The translations under genes were made by a program, and so were the position numbers. The notes under the pieces are model-generated. The model searched no databases, was not told the DNA's origin, and worked only from the letters and a program-made list of their open reading frames with translations. A DNA stretch of 64,000 nucleotides from an archaeon (GTDB taxonomy: Archaea > Nanobdellota > Nanobdellia > Pacearchaeales > UBA284), in the NCBI GenBank assembly GCA_020343435.1, contig CP070794.1, positions 239,558 to 303,557 of the forward strand. Direction: 5' to 3'. Positions 25,472 through 34,755 of the stretch are shown piece by piece. Within the stretch, counting starts at the first letter, position 1. Each line of letters begins with the position of its first letter.

Positions 25472-25816
25472 ATGGTTTCAAGATACATTCCTGCCCTTTT
25501 CTATGCTGGTTTATTGTTGACTTCTAATTGTTATGGTCCCCCTCAAGAAATTACTGGAGTTATTGAAAGGGCATATACTATTGAGGATGGAGATACACAC
25601 ATTCTTATTTCTAGAGATATTGGTCTTGAAGTTAGAGAAGGACCAGAAAGCGTTAAAAAGATTGATTTTTCTTTAAAAGGTTTTTCTAAAGGATTTAATG
25701 GAGGTGGGAAGGGAGCTTTTCCTGTTGAAGATCTTGAAGGAGAAAGTTGTAGAGTTTGTTTTATTCAAAGCCCGATTTTAGGCACCCAGGGGTTAGAATT
25801 AACTCTTATTGATTAA
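25472..25816 (+). CDS. Small secreted or membrane-anchored hypothetical protein (ORFan class)
   Basis: Hydrophobic N-terminus MVSRYIPALFYAGLLLTSNCYG. No family recognised. Confidence 0.45.
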   Translation: MVSRYIPALFYAGLLLTSNCYGPPQEITGVIERAYTIEDGDTHILISRDIGLEVREGPESVKKIDFSLKGFSKGFNGGGKGAFPVEDLEGESCRVCFIQSPILGTQGLELTLID

Positions 25817-25878
25817 GATAAATATCCTCTTCCAGGAAATTTCACAACCTTTTTAAGGGAATTCTGATTAGCTTATTT

Positions 25879-27612
25879 ATGACAATTAGACAACCAATTG
25901 TAACTGTAGCAGGGCATGTGGATCATGGAAAGACCACTATCTTAGACTGTGTTGCAGGAACTTGTATAGCTGAAAAAGAACCTGGATTAATTACTCAGAA
26001 CATCTCATTTATGTTAATTCCATCAGACATGATCCAAAAGAAATGTCAAAATCTATTAGATTCCTTTAAAATTAAGTTAGAAGTTCCTGGATTTTTGTTT
26101 ATAGATACTCCTGGACATGCTGCTTTTACTAATTTAAGAAAAAGAGGAGGATCATTAGCTGATTTAGCTATTTTAGTTATAGATATTAATGAAGGGATTA
26201 TGGAACAAACTAGAGAATCTATTGAAATTCTAAAAGCAAGTAAAGTTCCTTTTCTTGTAGCTTTAAACAAATTAGATAAAATACCTGGTTGGAAAAAGTC
26301 AGGAGATTCGTTTAAAGAGAGTTTAGAATTACAAGCACAACATACTAAACAAGATTTTGAGAAAAAGTTATACAAAATTATAGGAGATTTTGTTTCATTA
26401 GGGTTTGATGCTGATTTATTTTTTAGAGTAAGTAACTTTACAAAACAATTAGCTTTAGTTCCTTGTTCTGGAAAAATAGGAGAAGGAACTTCAGAATTAA
26501 TAGTAATGTTAGCAGGATTAGCTCAGAGATTCTTAAAAAAAGAATTAGAATTAGGAAAAGAAGCTAAAGGAACAATTTTAGAAGTGAAGAAAGAAAAAGG
26601 AATGACTGAAATTGAAGCTGTTTTATATGATGGGGTTTTAGATAAAAAAGATCAATTAGTTGTTTCAACATTATCTGAACCTGTTGTTACAAAAATAAGA
26701 TCATTATATCAAGCAAATCCTATGAAAAAAGGATTTTTTCAAGTAACTCAAGCAATAGCTGCTTCTGGATTAAAAATATGTATTCCAACTGAAGCTGCAG
26801 AATCTGTTATTCCTGGGATGCCTTTTGTAGGTGTAAAAAAAGAAAAAGAGTTAGATAAAGTAAAAGAAGAATTACAATCTGATATTAAAAAAGCTCTAGA
26901 AAAAGATAAAGAAGGATTTGTTGTTAAAGCTGAATCTTTGGGATCATTAGAAGCATTAGTATTCTTATTAAGAAAACATGGTTATAGAATTAAAAAAGCT
27001 GAGATTGGGCAGATAACAAAACAAGATATTACATTAGCTAAAGTAAGTTATGATAAATATCCTTTAGATTCTGTTGTTATTGGATTTAATGTTGATTCTG
27101 ATTTAGAAGATGAAAAAGTTAAGGTTATTTCAAAAAGTGTGATATATCATATTCTTGAAGAACTAGAGAAATGGCAGAAAGAAAGAGAATTAGAAATTGA
27201 AAGAGAGAAATTACAAGGATTAAACTGGCCTTGTAAGTTATTTGTTATGAAGAATTGCTGTTTTAGACAAAGTAAACCAGCTATTTTTGGAGTTAGAGTT
27301 GAAATTGGATTATTAAAACCTGGAACTATTGTTATGAACTCTGAAAATGAAGAAATAGCAAAAGTTAAAGGGATTCAACATGAAACTAAATCTCTAGAAA
27401 AAGCTGAAGCTAGAAAAGAGGTTGCTATTAGTTTACCTGGAGTTACTTTTGGAAGACAGGTTAGAGGGGGGCAAATACTTTATTCAAAGATCAAAGAAGA
27501 AGAATTCAAACAATTAAAAGAAAATAAGAAATTCTTAACTCAGCAAGAAATCTCTTTATTGCAAGAAATTGCTGAAATTAATCGAAAAGCAAAACCTACC
27601 TGGGGGATTTAA
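25879..27612 (+). CDS. infB: Translation initiation factor aIF5B (IF-2)
   Basis: RQPIVTVAGHVDHGKTTILD, DTPGHAAF and ALNKLD are GTPase motifs. The four-domain length is about 577 aa. Confidence 0.95.
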   Translation: MTIRQPIVTVAGHVDHGKTTILDCVAGTCIAEKEPGLITQNISFMLIPSDMIQKKCQNLLDSFKIKLEVPGFLFIDTPGHAAFTNLRKRGGSLADLAILVIDINEGIMEQTRESIEILKASKVPFLVALNKLDKIPGWKKSGDSFKESLELQAQHTKQDFEKKLYKIIGDFVSLGFDADLFFRVSNFTKQLALVPCSGKIGEGTSELIVMLAGLAQRFLKKELELGKEAKGTILEVKKEKGMTEIEAVLYDGVLDKKDQLVVSTLSEPVVTKIRSLYQANPMKKGFFQVTQAIAASGLKICIPTEAAESVIPGMPFVGVKKEKELDKVKEELQSDIKKALEKDKEGFVVKAESLGSLEALVFLLRKHGYRIKKAEIGQITKQDITLAKVSYDKYPLDSVVIGFNVDSDLEDEKVKVISKSVIYHILEELEKWQKERELEIEREKLQGLNWPCKLFVMKNCCFRQSKPAIFGVRVEIGLLKPGTIVMNSENEEIAKVKGIQHETKSLEKAEARKEVAISLPGVTFGRQVRGGQILYSKIKEEEFKQLKENKKFLTQQEISLLQEIAEINRKAKPTWGI

Positions 27613-27613
27613 G

Positions 27614-28183
27614 ATGAAAGATATGAGTTTCAAAAAATTAGGTGAAAAAGATAGAAGAGAGATGGAGAGAGTATATGTAGATACAAGATATAAAGATCCT
27701 CATTTTAAACATAAAAATAAAAAAGATTCTTGGGAAAGAGCGAGGAGACGTTGCGAATTCTGGTTTAGAAACCCAAGAAACCACTATATTCTTGGTTTGT
27801 TTTTAAGAAAAAAATTAATTGGGTTTGTAGTTTTGGCTGATTGGATTACTTGTGATTATACTTTAACAATGAATCTGGATAAAATTAATAAAAAACTTAG
27901 ATCTTTTGAAAAAAATCCAAATAAAGCTTGTATGATAGAATCTATAAATATTGTGAAAAAACACCAAGATAAAGGATATGGAAGGATTTTGAGTGATGAA
28001 TTGTTTAAAAGGGTAAGAGATAGTGCCTTCACTAAAAGGAAAAAATACTCATGTTTTATTGTTTCAACAGGTACAAGAACTAAAGGATATACTCTAATCT
28101 CTAAAATGGCTACTTATCTTGGTAGAAATAAGATAGGTCACTTATGGAATAATTTTTATTTACTTGATCTAAAAAAGATTTAA
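27614..28183 (+). CDS. GNAT-family acetyltransferase
   Basis: IVKKHQDKGYGRILSDELF is a motif A-like sequence. ATG 27614 lies one nt after the infB stop; the track start 27569 is inside infB. Confidence 0.55.
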   Translation: MKDMSFKKLGEKDRREMERVYVDTRYKDPHFKHKNKKDSWERARRRCEFWFRNPRNHYILGLFLRKKLIGFVVLADWITCDYTLTMNLDKINKKLRSFEKNPNKACMIESINIVKKHQDKGYGRILSDELFKRVRDSAFTKRKKYSCFIVSTGTRTKGYTLISKMATYLGRNKIGHLWNNFYLLDLKKI

Positions 28184-28217
28184 CAAACTTTATAAACTTT
28201 CTAACTTAATCCTAATT

Positions 28218-28535
28218 ATGAAGAGAAGAGAAAGAGAACAAACAGTTGAAGAACAAATTAGAAGAGTTCCTTTACCTAAAGGAAAACAAGTTTTAGGAAT
28301 TCTAGAACAAAGATTAGGAGCAAATCACATGTCTATTAAATGTATGGATGGAAAAACAAGAAACTGTAGGGTTCCTGGAAGATTAAGAAGAAGGTTATGG
28401 TTAAGAGAAGGGGATGTTGTTTTAGTAGAACCTTGGGAATTAGATTGGGATAAGAGAGGAGATATTCTAATCAAATATTCAAAAGCACAAATTGGTTGGT
28501 TAAAATCTAAAGGATTTTTAAAAGCTGAATTATAA
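28218..28535 (+). CDS. eif1a: Translation initiation factor aIF1A
   Basis: GKQVLGILEQRLGANHMSIKCMDGKTRNCRVPGRLRRRLWLREGDVVLVEPWE is the S1-like OB signature. Confidence 0.9.
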   Translation: MKRREREQTVEEQIRRVPLPKGKQVLGILEQRLGANHMSIKCMDGKTRNCRVPGRLRRRLWLREGDVVLVEPWELDWDKRGDILIKYSKAQIGWLKSKGFLKAEL

Positions 28536-28536
28536 A

Positions 28537-29085
28537 ATGAGATTAACTCATTACGAAGGAAAAGAACTTGGAAGGATTTTTGGAAAACATAAAGAGAATA
28601 TAAAAGAAATAGAAAAAACTTTGAATGTTAAGATCGAAATTGTAAAAAATCATGATATTAAGATAGAATGTAAAGGAGATGATCCATTAGAAGAGTACTT
28701 GGTTGCCAAAGTTCTGGAAGCATTAGCATTAGGATTTGATGTTGAAGCTGCTTTAATGTTAAAAGATACTGATTTTGTTCTAAAAGTTGTTGATTTGAAA
28801 GATTTTGCTCATGGATCTAGATTAAATGTTGTGATTGGAAGGATTATAGGAAAACAAGGAAAATCAAAAAGAGTTATTCAGAACTTAAGTCATTGTGCAT
28901 TATCAATATCTGGGCATGTTCTTGGTTTAATCGGACGTGCTGAAAATGTGGAAATAGCTTCAGAAGCTATTGGAAAACTAATAAGGGGAGCTCCTCATTC
29001 TAATGTTTTCAAATTCTTGGAGAAATCTCAAGTAAAGTTAAAAGAGGAAGAGAGGTTAATTGAAGATCTGAAAGAGGATTCTTAA
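28537..29085 (+). CDS. KH-domain RNA-binding protein (Dim2/Pno1-like)
   Basis: Two KH modules with a GxxG in GRIIGKQGKSKRVIQ. The conserved archaeal position next to aIF1A supports the call. Confidence 0.75.
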   Translation: MRLTHYEGKELGRIFGKHKENIKEIEKTLNVKIEIVKNHDIKIECKGDDPLEEYLVAKVLEALALGFDVEAALMLKDTDFVLKVVDLKDFAHGSRLNVVIGRIIGKQGKSKRVIQNLSHCALSISGHVLGLIGRAENVEIASEAIGKLIRGAPHSNVFKFLEKSQVKLKEEERLIEDLKEDS

Positions 29086-29462
29086 ATAAACTTCCTTTTT
29101 ATTTCTTTAAATATCTCCCCAAATATTTTCTTGGAGCCATAGCTAACCCTACAGATACCATTATTGTGTCTAATTTTTCTTATTTTAGGTTTAGATTTAG
29201 AAATATAAGATTTAGTAAACTGATTTAGAGGAATATTTAATGTTTTTGACCAAAATTGTTTAGATTTTTTTTCATCCAATACTTTCCAGATATATAACCT
29301 ACATTTTAATCTTTTTTCTTCTATTTCAAAATATTTTCTTAGCCAAGCAACAAAATATTTTAAAATTCTATAATCAGAATTCGTTAAAGCCACAAAGTAA
29401 TCTCCAGATTTATCTCCTTCTGCCCAGTATAACATTAATCCCAATTCTTTATTTAATTCCAT
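29082..29462 (-). CDS. Single-motif LAGLIDADG-like homing-endonuclease-family protein (free-standing)
   Basis: LGLMLYWAEGDKSG resembles the LAGLIDADG helix with an acidic residue and Gly. The later FWSKTLNIPLNQF..GICRVSY pattern matches my memory of free-standing family members. Weak call. Confidence 0.45.
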   Translation of the reverse strand: MELNKELGLMLYWAEGDKSGDYFVALTNSDYRILKYFVAWLRKYFEIEEKRLKCRLYIWKVLDEKKSKQFWSKTLNIPLNQFTKSYISKSKPKIRKIRHNNGICRVSYGSKKIFGEIFKEIKRKFI

Positions 29463-29533
29463 TTAAGATGGAGTACACCAAGATATATAAATTTTTTCTT
29501 AAGATTTAAAAATAGAGTTTCATTCTCATTTAT

Positions 29534-29644
29534 GCTTCGGTAGCTCAGTGGTTAGAGCATACGGCTGTTAAGACTCTTCTTCAAAATATGAAGGGAGAGA
29601 TCAAAGAAACCGTAGGGTCGCAGGTTCAAATCCTGCCCGAAGCG
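29534..29644 (+). tRNA. tRNA-Asn (anticodon GUU) with a 38-nt intron at the canonical 37/38 site
   Basis: Acceptor GCTTCGG/CCGAAGC, D-arm GCTC-AGTGGTTA-GAGC, anticodon stem TACGG/CCGTA around loop CTGTTAA, intron about 29571-29608, T-arm GCAGG-TTCAAAT-CCTGC. Confidence 0.85.
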
Positions 29645-29726
29645 TTTCACAGTTATAGGATCTTCCACATATAAATCAAGGATTTCTAAAAGAAACATTT
29701 TTAAAAAACAGTACCTTTAAAGGAGT

Positions 29727-31151
29727 ATGTCAAAAACAGGATTAATTACTGCAGCGGTTTTAGCAGGAGCTGTAGTACTTGGGGGGGTAGCATATGCTAA
29801 CCAAACATATTCCAGTGAACCTTATCATAAAGGGACCACATACACTCCCCAGTTAAATTTAAGTGGAGAATTGGGGCAATTAACTCAACAAGAATTTGAA
29901 AACTTACAAATTCCTTCAGAAACATCATTTCCTGAATTAGCTCTTGGAGGAGGGGTTAAAAGTCCTGTATATTACCAAGGATTAGATGGAAGTATAGTAA
30001 AAGGTTATGTTCGTCCTTCTCCTACTCGAGATGGTGTTCGAGTAATTAATGGAAGTGATACTCTCACAGCGAATATTCATGTGCCTTATTATTGGGATAC
30101 TTCACCTTATACAGTAGATGATACTTTAATGACTACTATTCATGCTCGTTTTCCTAATGGAGATACATCTTTTATTAGATGGCCTGGTGGAGGTTGGACT
30201 CCATGTCTATATCCTTATGAAAATGCTTTCTTTTGGGGTATTGAAAGAGATTCTACTAATCCAGATCAACAAATAGCAAAAGTCCTTACAAGGACAAATT
30301 TTGAGAGGTGGGAAAGAACAACCGGTTTTGTTACAGAAAGGGATAGGGTAAGATCAGAGGATTCTTTACCTGTAGGTATGTACAGTTCACATGACATGCC
30401 AATTTATCCATCAGTATATGGGGAACCAAGTTCATCAGATTCATTCAATTATACTGCATTTGATACAAATTTAATTGGAAATGATACTGCGCGTATGTGG
30501 CAATATCAGTTTACAATGGCTGATTTTTGGAGCGATAGTTCTTATCATGGTCCCTATGCCTTGTGCGTAACATCGCCAGACAAGGGAAAATCTTTTGATA
30601 CATCTAAAGTTGTTTTAACAGAACAACCAATAGATTCTTTACGTGATTTTGGAATAGCAAATTTTGAGATCATTCAAAGACAACCTAAAGCAACTATTGC
30701 GAATATAGCTTCAAAACATCCTTTTGGAGGTCCTTGGGAATTAAGTGGATACTTATATAGAGTTGGAACACCAGATACAGTGGATATTGTTGGAACAGGC
30801 ACATTACCCCCAAGATTCTCAAGAAGAAACGAATTAAATGAAAAAGTTTGGTCAGTTATATTACCAGATGGAGAATATGGGGGTTATTTTGAGTTAAAAA
30901 CACCAAATGGCAGATTATTAGACACACTAAGGTACCAAGGTTTTTCTGGGTTAAGAGAACCTGTAAAACCAAAACAACTATATTCAGAAGCTCTTCCAAC
31001 TGTTGTTAGGAATACAGAAAGATTAGGATTAGATGAACTTATGACAGTATATGATATAAATGGAAGAAAAAAAGAAGAAATATTAAATCCTGGAGTATAT
31101 TTTATAAGGAAGGAAGGGGAAGAACCAAAAAAAATTATTGTAACAAATTAG
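29727..31151 (+). CDS. Secreted protein with a C-terminal T9SS-sorting-domain-like beta-sandwich tail (ORFan class)
   Basis: Signal peptide MSKTGLITAAVLAGAVVLGGVAYA-NQ. The C-terminus LMTVYDINGRKKEEILNPGVYFIRKEGEEPKKIIVTN resembles the Por_Secre_tail pattern (vYD..G.....l..GvYf.r.......kKiv). Confidence 0.55.
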   Translation: MSKTGLITAAVLAGAVVLGGVAYANQTYSSEPYHKGTTYTPQLNLSGELGQLTQQEFENLQIPSETSFPELALGGGVKSPVYYQGLDGSIVKGYVRPSPTRDGVRVINGSDTLTANIHVPYYWDTSPYTVDDTLMTTIHARFPNGDTSFIRWPGGGWTPCLYPYENAFFWGIERDSTNPDQQIAKVLTRTNFERWERTTGFVTERDRVRSEDSLPVGMYSSHDMPIYPSVYGEPSSSDSFNYTAFDTNLIGNDTARMWQYQFTMADFWSDSSYHGPYALCVTSPDKGKSFDTSKVVLTEQPIDSLRDFGIANFEIIQRQPKATIANIASKHPFGGPWELSGYLYRVGTPDTVDIVGTGTLPPRFSRRNELNEKVWSVILPDGEYGGYFELKTPNGRLLDTLRYQGFSGLREPVKPKQLYSEALPTVVRNTERLGLDELMTVYDINGRKKEEILNPGVYFIRKEGEEPKKIIVTN

Positions 31152-31172
31152 ATGAGTTCTGTTTTAATAAGG

Positions 31173-31180
31173 TTTATAAA
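31173..31180 (+). promoter_or_regulatory. TATA box of the tRNA-Ile / trm5 unit
   Basis: GGTTTATAAAAC lies 31 nt upstream of the tRNA-Ile 5' end. Confidence 0.5.
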
Positions 31181-31203
31181 ACTTTAATCATATTCTTTTT
31201 TAA

Positions 31204-31277
31204 GGGCTTGTAGCTCAGGTGGTTAGAGCGCTACGCTGATAACGTAGAGGTCGCAGGTTCGAATCCTGTCAGGCCCA
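31204..31277 (+). tRNA. tRNA-Ile (anticodon GAU)
   Basis: Acceptor GGGCTTG/CAGGCCC, anticodon stem CTACG/CGTAG with loop CTGATAA, T-arm GCAGG-TTCGAAT-CCTGT. Confidence 0.9.
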
Positions 31278-31283
31278 TTTCAA

Positions 31284-32072
31284 ATGGTTAATCTAAAAGA
31301 GTTGTTAAAGAAATCTAATAAGTTCTCTACAAAGAATCTACCAAGATCTTTTGATGTTGTTGGTAGTGTTGCTCTAATTCAAATTCCTAAACAACTAGAG
31401 AAACATAAGAAATTCATAGCTAATTTGATTCTTAAAACTCAAAAAAACATTAATTCTGTTTATCAAAAAGGAAAACATAAAGGAAGATTAAGAAAACAAG
31501 TAATAAAATGGATTGCTGGTAAAAAAGTTGATGAAGTTATACACAAGGAATCTGGTTGTTTGTTTAAATTTAATATTAAAACATGTTATTTTTCTCCAAG
31601 ATTAGGAACAGATAGATTAGAAATTGCTAAAAAAGTTAAGAAAAAAGAGAAAGTTCTTGTTATGTTTGCTGGAGTTGGTCCTTATGGGATTATTATTGCT
31701 AAAAGAAATAATAACGTTACATGTATAGAATTGGGAAAAGAGGCTTGTCGGTATGCTAAAGAGAATTCTAAGATGAATAAAGTTAATTTAGAAGTAATTC
31801 AAGGAGATGTTAAGAAAGTTTGTCCTAAGTTGAAGAAGAAATTTGATAGGATTATAATGGCAAGACCACAGTTAAAAGATGATTTTCTTAAAGAAGCTCT
31901 TTTAGTTTCAAAAAAAGGAACTATAATTCATTTTTATGATTTCTTAGAAGGAGATTTCAAAGAAAAGATTAAGAAGAAACTGCCTAAAAAGATTAAACTT
32001 ATTAGAATTAAGAAAGTTAGGGAAATTGCTCCTTACAAATATCATGTAAGAGCGGATTTTAGGGTTCTATAA
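31284..32072 (+). CDS. trm5: tRNA (guanine37-N1)-methyltransferase Trm5 (Met-10+ family)
   Basis: SFDVVGSVALIQIP, CYFSPRLGTDR and VLVMFAGVGPYGIIIAK (SAM-binding) motifs. Confidence 0.85.
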   Translation: MVNLKELLKKSNKFSTKNLPRSFDVVGSVALIQIPKQLEKHKKFIANLILKTQKNINSVYQKGKHKGRLRKQVIKWIAGKKVDEVIHKESGCLFKFNIKTCYFSPRLGTDRLEIAKKVKKKEKVLVMFAGVGPYGIIIAKRNNNVTCIELGKEACRYAKENSKMNKVNLEVIQGDVKKVCPKLKKKFDRIIMARPQLKDDFLKEALLVSKKGTIIHFYDFLEGDFKEKIKKKLPKKIKLIRIKKVREIAPYKYHVRADFRVL

Positions 32073-32750
32073 AATTCTTAAGAATCCTGGTTTTGGTTCA
32101 AAGATTGATCCTTCTTCTAAAAGATTCTTAATCTCTTCATTAATCTTTTCAACAGGTTCTTTTAATGTTAATATTATTTGTTCTACATTAATTCCACCAT
32201 TGCCTTCAGATTCTTTGATCATATCTACCAGTTTTACTCTTAAAGAATTTTCAACAGGATCTTCTATTTTCTCAGTTTTAATAACCTCAGGTTCTTGAAC
32301 TGGTTCTGGTTTTTCTTCTGTTATTTTCTTATTTTGATCATATAATTCACCATACTCTTTTGTTAATTCTAATTTTCTTGCTAAAAGCCATCTTGCATCT
32401 ACTGGTTTTATGATTTCAGCTGAAATATAAAGTTCTTCATTAAATATTCTTAGAACTCCAATCACAGTTACAGTATCCCCTAACTCTATATTTTCAAATT
32501 TCTTGATATCGTCTGCAAATCCTTTAACTCTAATATTCCCAGTATTATCATCTAAAGTTATTGAAGCATAGGGTTTAGTATCTGAAACAAACTTATCTAT
32601 AACAGTTGCTATAACATTAACTCTACCAATCTCTTTTTCATTAAAAGTTACAGATCTAAAACGTCCTTGATCAAAAACAGCTTTAGAATTAAGAATCATT
32701 CCTACAGATAATCGATATGCTGTATATCTTTGTCTTATTTCTCCTGCCAT
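32067..32750 (-). CDS. RPA2/Stn1-like OB-fold ssDNA-binding protein with a C-terminal winged helix
   Basis: OB core VNVIATVIDKFVSDTKPYASITLDDNTGNIRVKGF..GDTVTVIGVLRIFNEELYISAEII and C-terminus EEGSIFEPKPGFLRIL. ATG 32750 lies one nt after the MCM stop; the track start 32792 is inside mcm. Confidence 0.6.
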   Translation of the reverse strand: MAGEIRQRYTAYRLSVGMILNSKAVFDQGRFRSVTFNEKEIGRVNVIATVIDKFVSDTKPYASITLDDNTGNIRVKGFADDIKKFENIELGDTVTVIGVLRIFNEELYISAEIIKPVDARWLLARKLELTKEYGELYDQNKKITEEKPEPVQEPEVIKTEKIEDPVENSLRVKLVDMIKESEGNGGINVEQIILTLKEPVEKINEEIKNLLEEGSIFEPKPGFLRIL

Positions 32751-32751
32751 T

Positions 32752-34755
32752 TTAAACTCTTTGAACAAATCCTTTTTTAGGTTCAAAAACATCTCCTGAA
32801 CGTTTTAATTTATCTACCATTTCATCAACTTCTTCTTCTGAGATTTTATCCTCTAACTCTTTTTTCAGATCTTTTACTGGTATTAATTTACCTAATTTAG
32901 ATTCTAATCTCATTATTGTATCCCTAACAATAATAATCTTAGATCTCTGAGATGCTGGGATTCCTGTTGCTATTCTATCAATATCAATAGACCCAGATTC
33001 TTTATCAATTCCAACTTGTAATAGATAGAAATGCATGATCTGAATCGCTTTTCTAGCATCTTCTTTTGTAACTTTTTTACTTAATCTAGCTTTTGCACTT
33101 GCTTGACTTAATCTAACTAAAGCTTCTAATTGTCTTGCAGATATTGGAATTGGTTTAACTAAATCATCTCCCATTGATGGAGCATTTCTTAATTCAACAT
33201 AGAATTTTTTAATTTCTTGAATTGCTGCTTCTGTTAGTTCTGGAGATATTTTTTGTTTAGCATATGCAATATATTTTCTTAATAATTGGGGATCAATTGG
33301 TGGGACAACTCCTGAACCTTTATGTTCTCTTAAAACATGGGATGCTATTGCTTCATCTTTTAGTTTTCCTGGAATATCTTTAAGAACAAAGATTAAATCA
33401 AAACGATTAATTAAAGTTGGAGCTAATTCTATTTGTTGGGCAACTGGTTGAAAAGGATCAAATCTTCCGAATTTTGGATTTGCTGCTCCTAAAACAGAAG
33501 TTTCAGCTTTTAAAGTTGCTTGAACATTTGCTTTTACTATTGTAACAGTTTGTTGTTCCATTGCCTCATGCATTGCAGATCTATCTTGTTCATTCATTTT
33601 TTCTAATTCATCTAAACATGCTACTCCCTTATTTGCAAGAACCATTGCTCCTGCTTCTAGAGCCCAACCTCTTAAAAATTCATCTTTAACTACTGTGGCT
33701 GTTAATCCTGCTTGAGTTGCTGCTTTTCCTACAATATATCGTGCTCTTGGAGCTATTCCAGACACAAATTTCAATAAAACAGATTTTGCAACTCCTGGAT
33801 CCCCAACTAATAAAATATGTAAATCTCCTCTTGCATGTGTTCCATCACTTTTTTCTTTTCTTATTCCAGCTAATAATTGTAATGCTATTGCTAGTTTAAT
33901 TTCATCATAACCAAAGATACTTGGGGCAATACTTGCTGCCAATTTTTTATAAATTTCAGGATCTGAGGATAATTCTTTAATTTGATCTTCCTCTTCCTCT
34001 GTTATCTCTAATTCTTCATAAGATTCTTCTTGTGGAACTACATTATTCGCTTCTATCATCAAATCAAACCTTGTTGAAACCCCTCCCCCCATCATACTTA
34101 CAGGAATTTCTTTTAGAATTCCTATAACTTGAACACTTGAACCTGGTGTTGTTCTTTCTTCCATTTTTGGATCTACTAAATCTTCTTTTAAGAATACATT
34201 AATTCTTCTTGGTTGTTCTCCTCCTTTCATTTGTTCTGGTGATTCTTCTATTATTAATCTTTGAGCATCTACTAATTCTTTTGATAATAACTTAAATGCT
34301 GCTTTCCTACCACATCCGCATCTGTTAGGTTCTCTGAATTTCTTTTCTACTTGTAATACTGAGATAATTGTTCCACATTGCGGACACTCGAATTTAGCAT
34401 TTGTCACTTGGGGTCTTACTTCAGAAGCTTGTCTTACTATTCCTTCTAATATTAATAATTGAGAAATATGCTTTGCTCTGATCTCTCTTATTGGAATTTC
34501 TTGTGATTCTGGAACTTCTGTTAATCTTACTTTAGGATTTTTGATTAATCCTAGTTCTTCTATTGCTAAACTTAACATAGCTAAAGCATCTTCTGGTTTA
34601 GTTAGTACATAATCTGCTAATTCATGGCTAAAATTAGCTAATTCTTTGAAAGATACTTGGATTGCTTTCTCACTTCTTTTAGCATATTTTCCTACTTCTT
34701 TCTTGTAAAACTCAAAGAATTCCTTTGCTTCAAGTAGTAATTCTTCATTCACCAT
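32752..34755 (-). CDS. mcm: MCM replicative helicase
   Basis: Zn finger CPQCG..CGCG, Walker A LLVGDPGVAKS, Walker B ACLDELEKM, arginine finger region SRFDLIF. No intein. Confidence 0.95.
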   Translation of the reverse strand: MVNEELLLEAKEFFEFYKKEVGKYAKRSEKAIQVSFKELANFSHELADYVLTKPEDALAMLSLAIEELGLIKNPKVRLTEVPESQEIPIREIRAKHISQLLILEGIVRQASEVRPQVTNAKFECPQCGTIISVLQVEKKFREPNRCGCGRKAAFKLLSKELVDAQRLIIEESPEQMKGGEQPRRINVFLKEDLVDPKMEERTTPGSSVQVIGILKEIPVSMMGGGVSTRFDLMIEANNVVPQEESYEELEITEEEEDQIKELSSDPEIYKKLAASIAPSIFGYDEIKLAIALQLLAGIRKEKSDGTHARGDLHILLVGDPGVAKSVLLKFVSGIAPRARYIVGKAATQAGLTATVVKDEFLRGWALEAGAMVLANKGVACLDELEKMNEQDRSAMHEAMEQQTVTIVKANVQATLKAETSVLGAANPKFGRFDPFQPVAQQIELAPTLINRFDLIFVLKDIPGKLKDEAIASHVLREHKGSGVVPPIDPQLLRKYIAYAKQKISPELTEAAIQEIKKFYVELRNAPSMGDDLVKPIPISARQLEALVRLSQASAKARLSKKVTKEDARKAIQIMHFYLLQVGIDKESGSIDIDRIATGIPASQRSKIIIVRDTIMRLESKLGKLIPVKDLKKELEDKISEEEVDEMVDKLKRSGDVFEPKKGFVQRV

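Noticed and set aside
29571-29608. The 38-nt tRNA-Asn intron, considered as a host for a C/D-box guide RNA or an ORF.
   Set aside because: There are no C or D boxes. It folds as a simple hairpin (CTCTTCTTCA/TGAAGGGAGAG) consistent with a standard BHB intron. It is too short to code.
29645-31203. The gene flanked by two tRNAs, considered as an integrated mobile element or as the target of a diversity-generating retroelement.
   Set aside because: No integrase, reverse transcriptase, template/variable repeat pair or tRNA-derived direct repeats were seen in the window. The gene uses the native promoter grammar.
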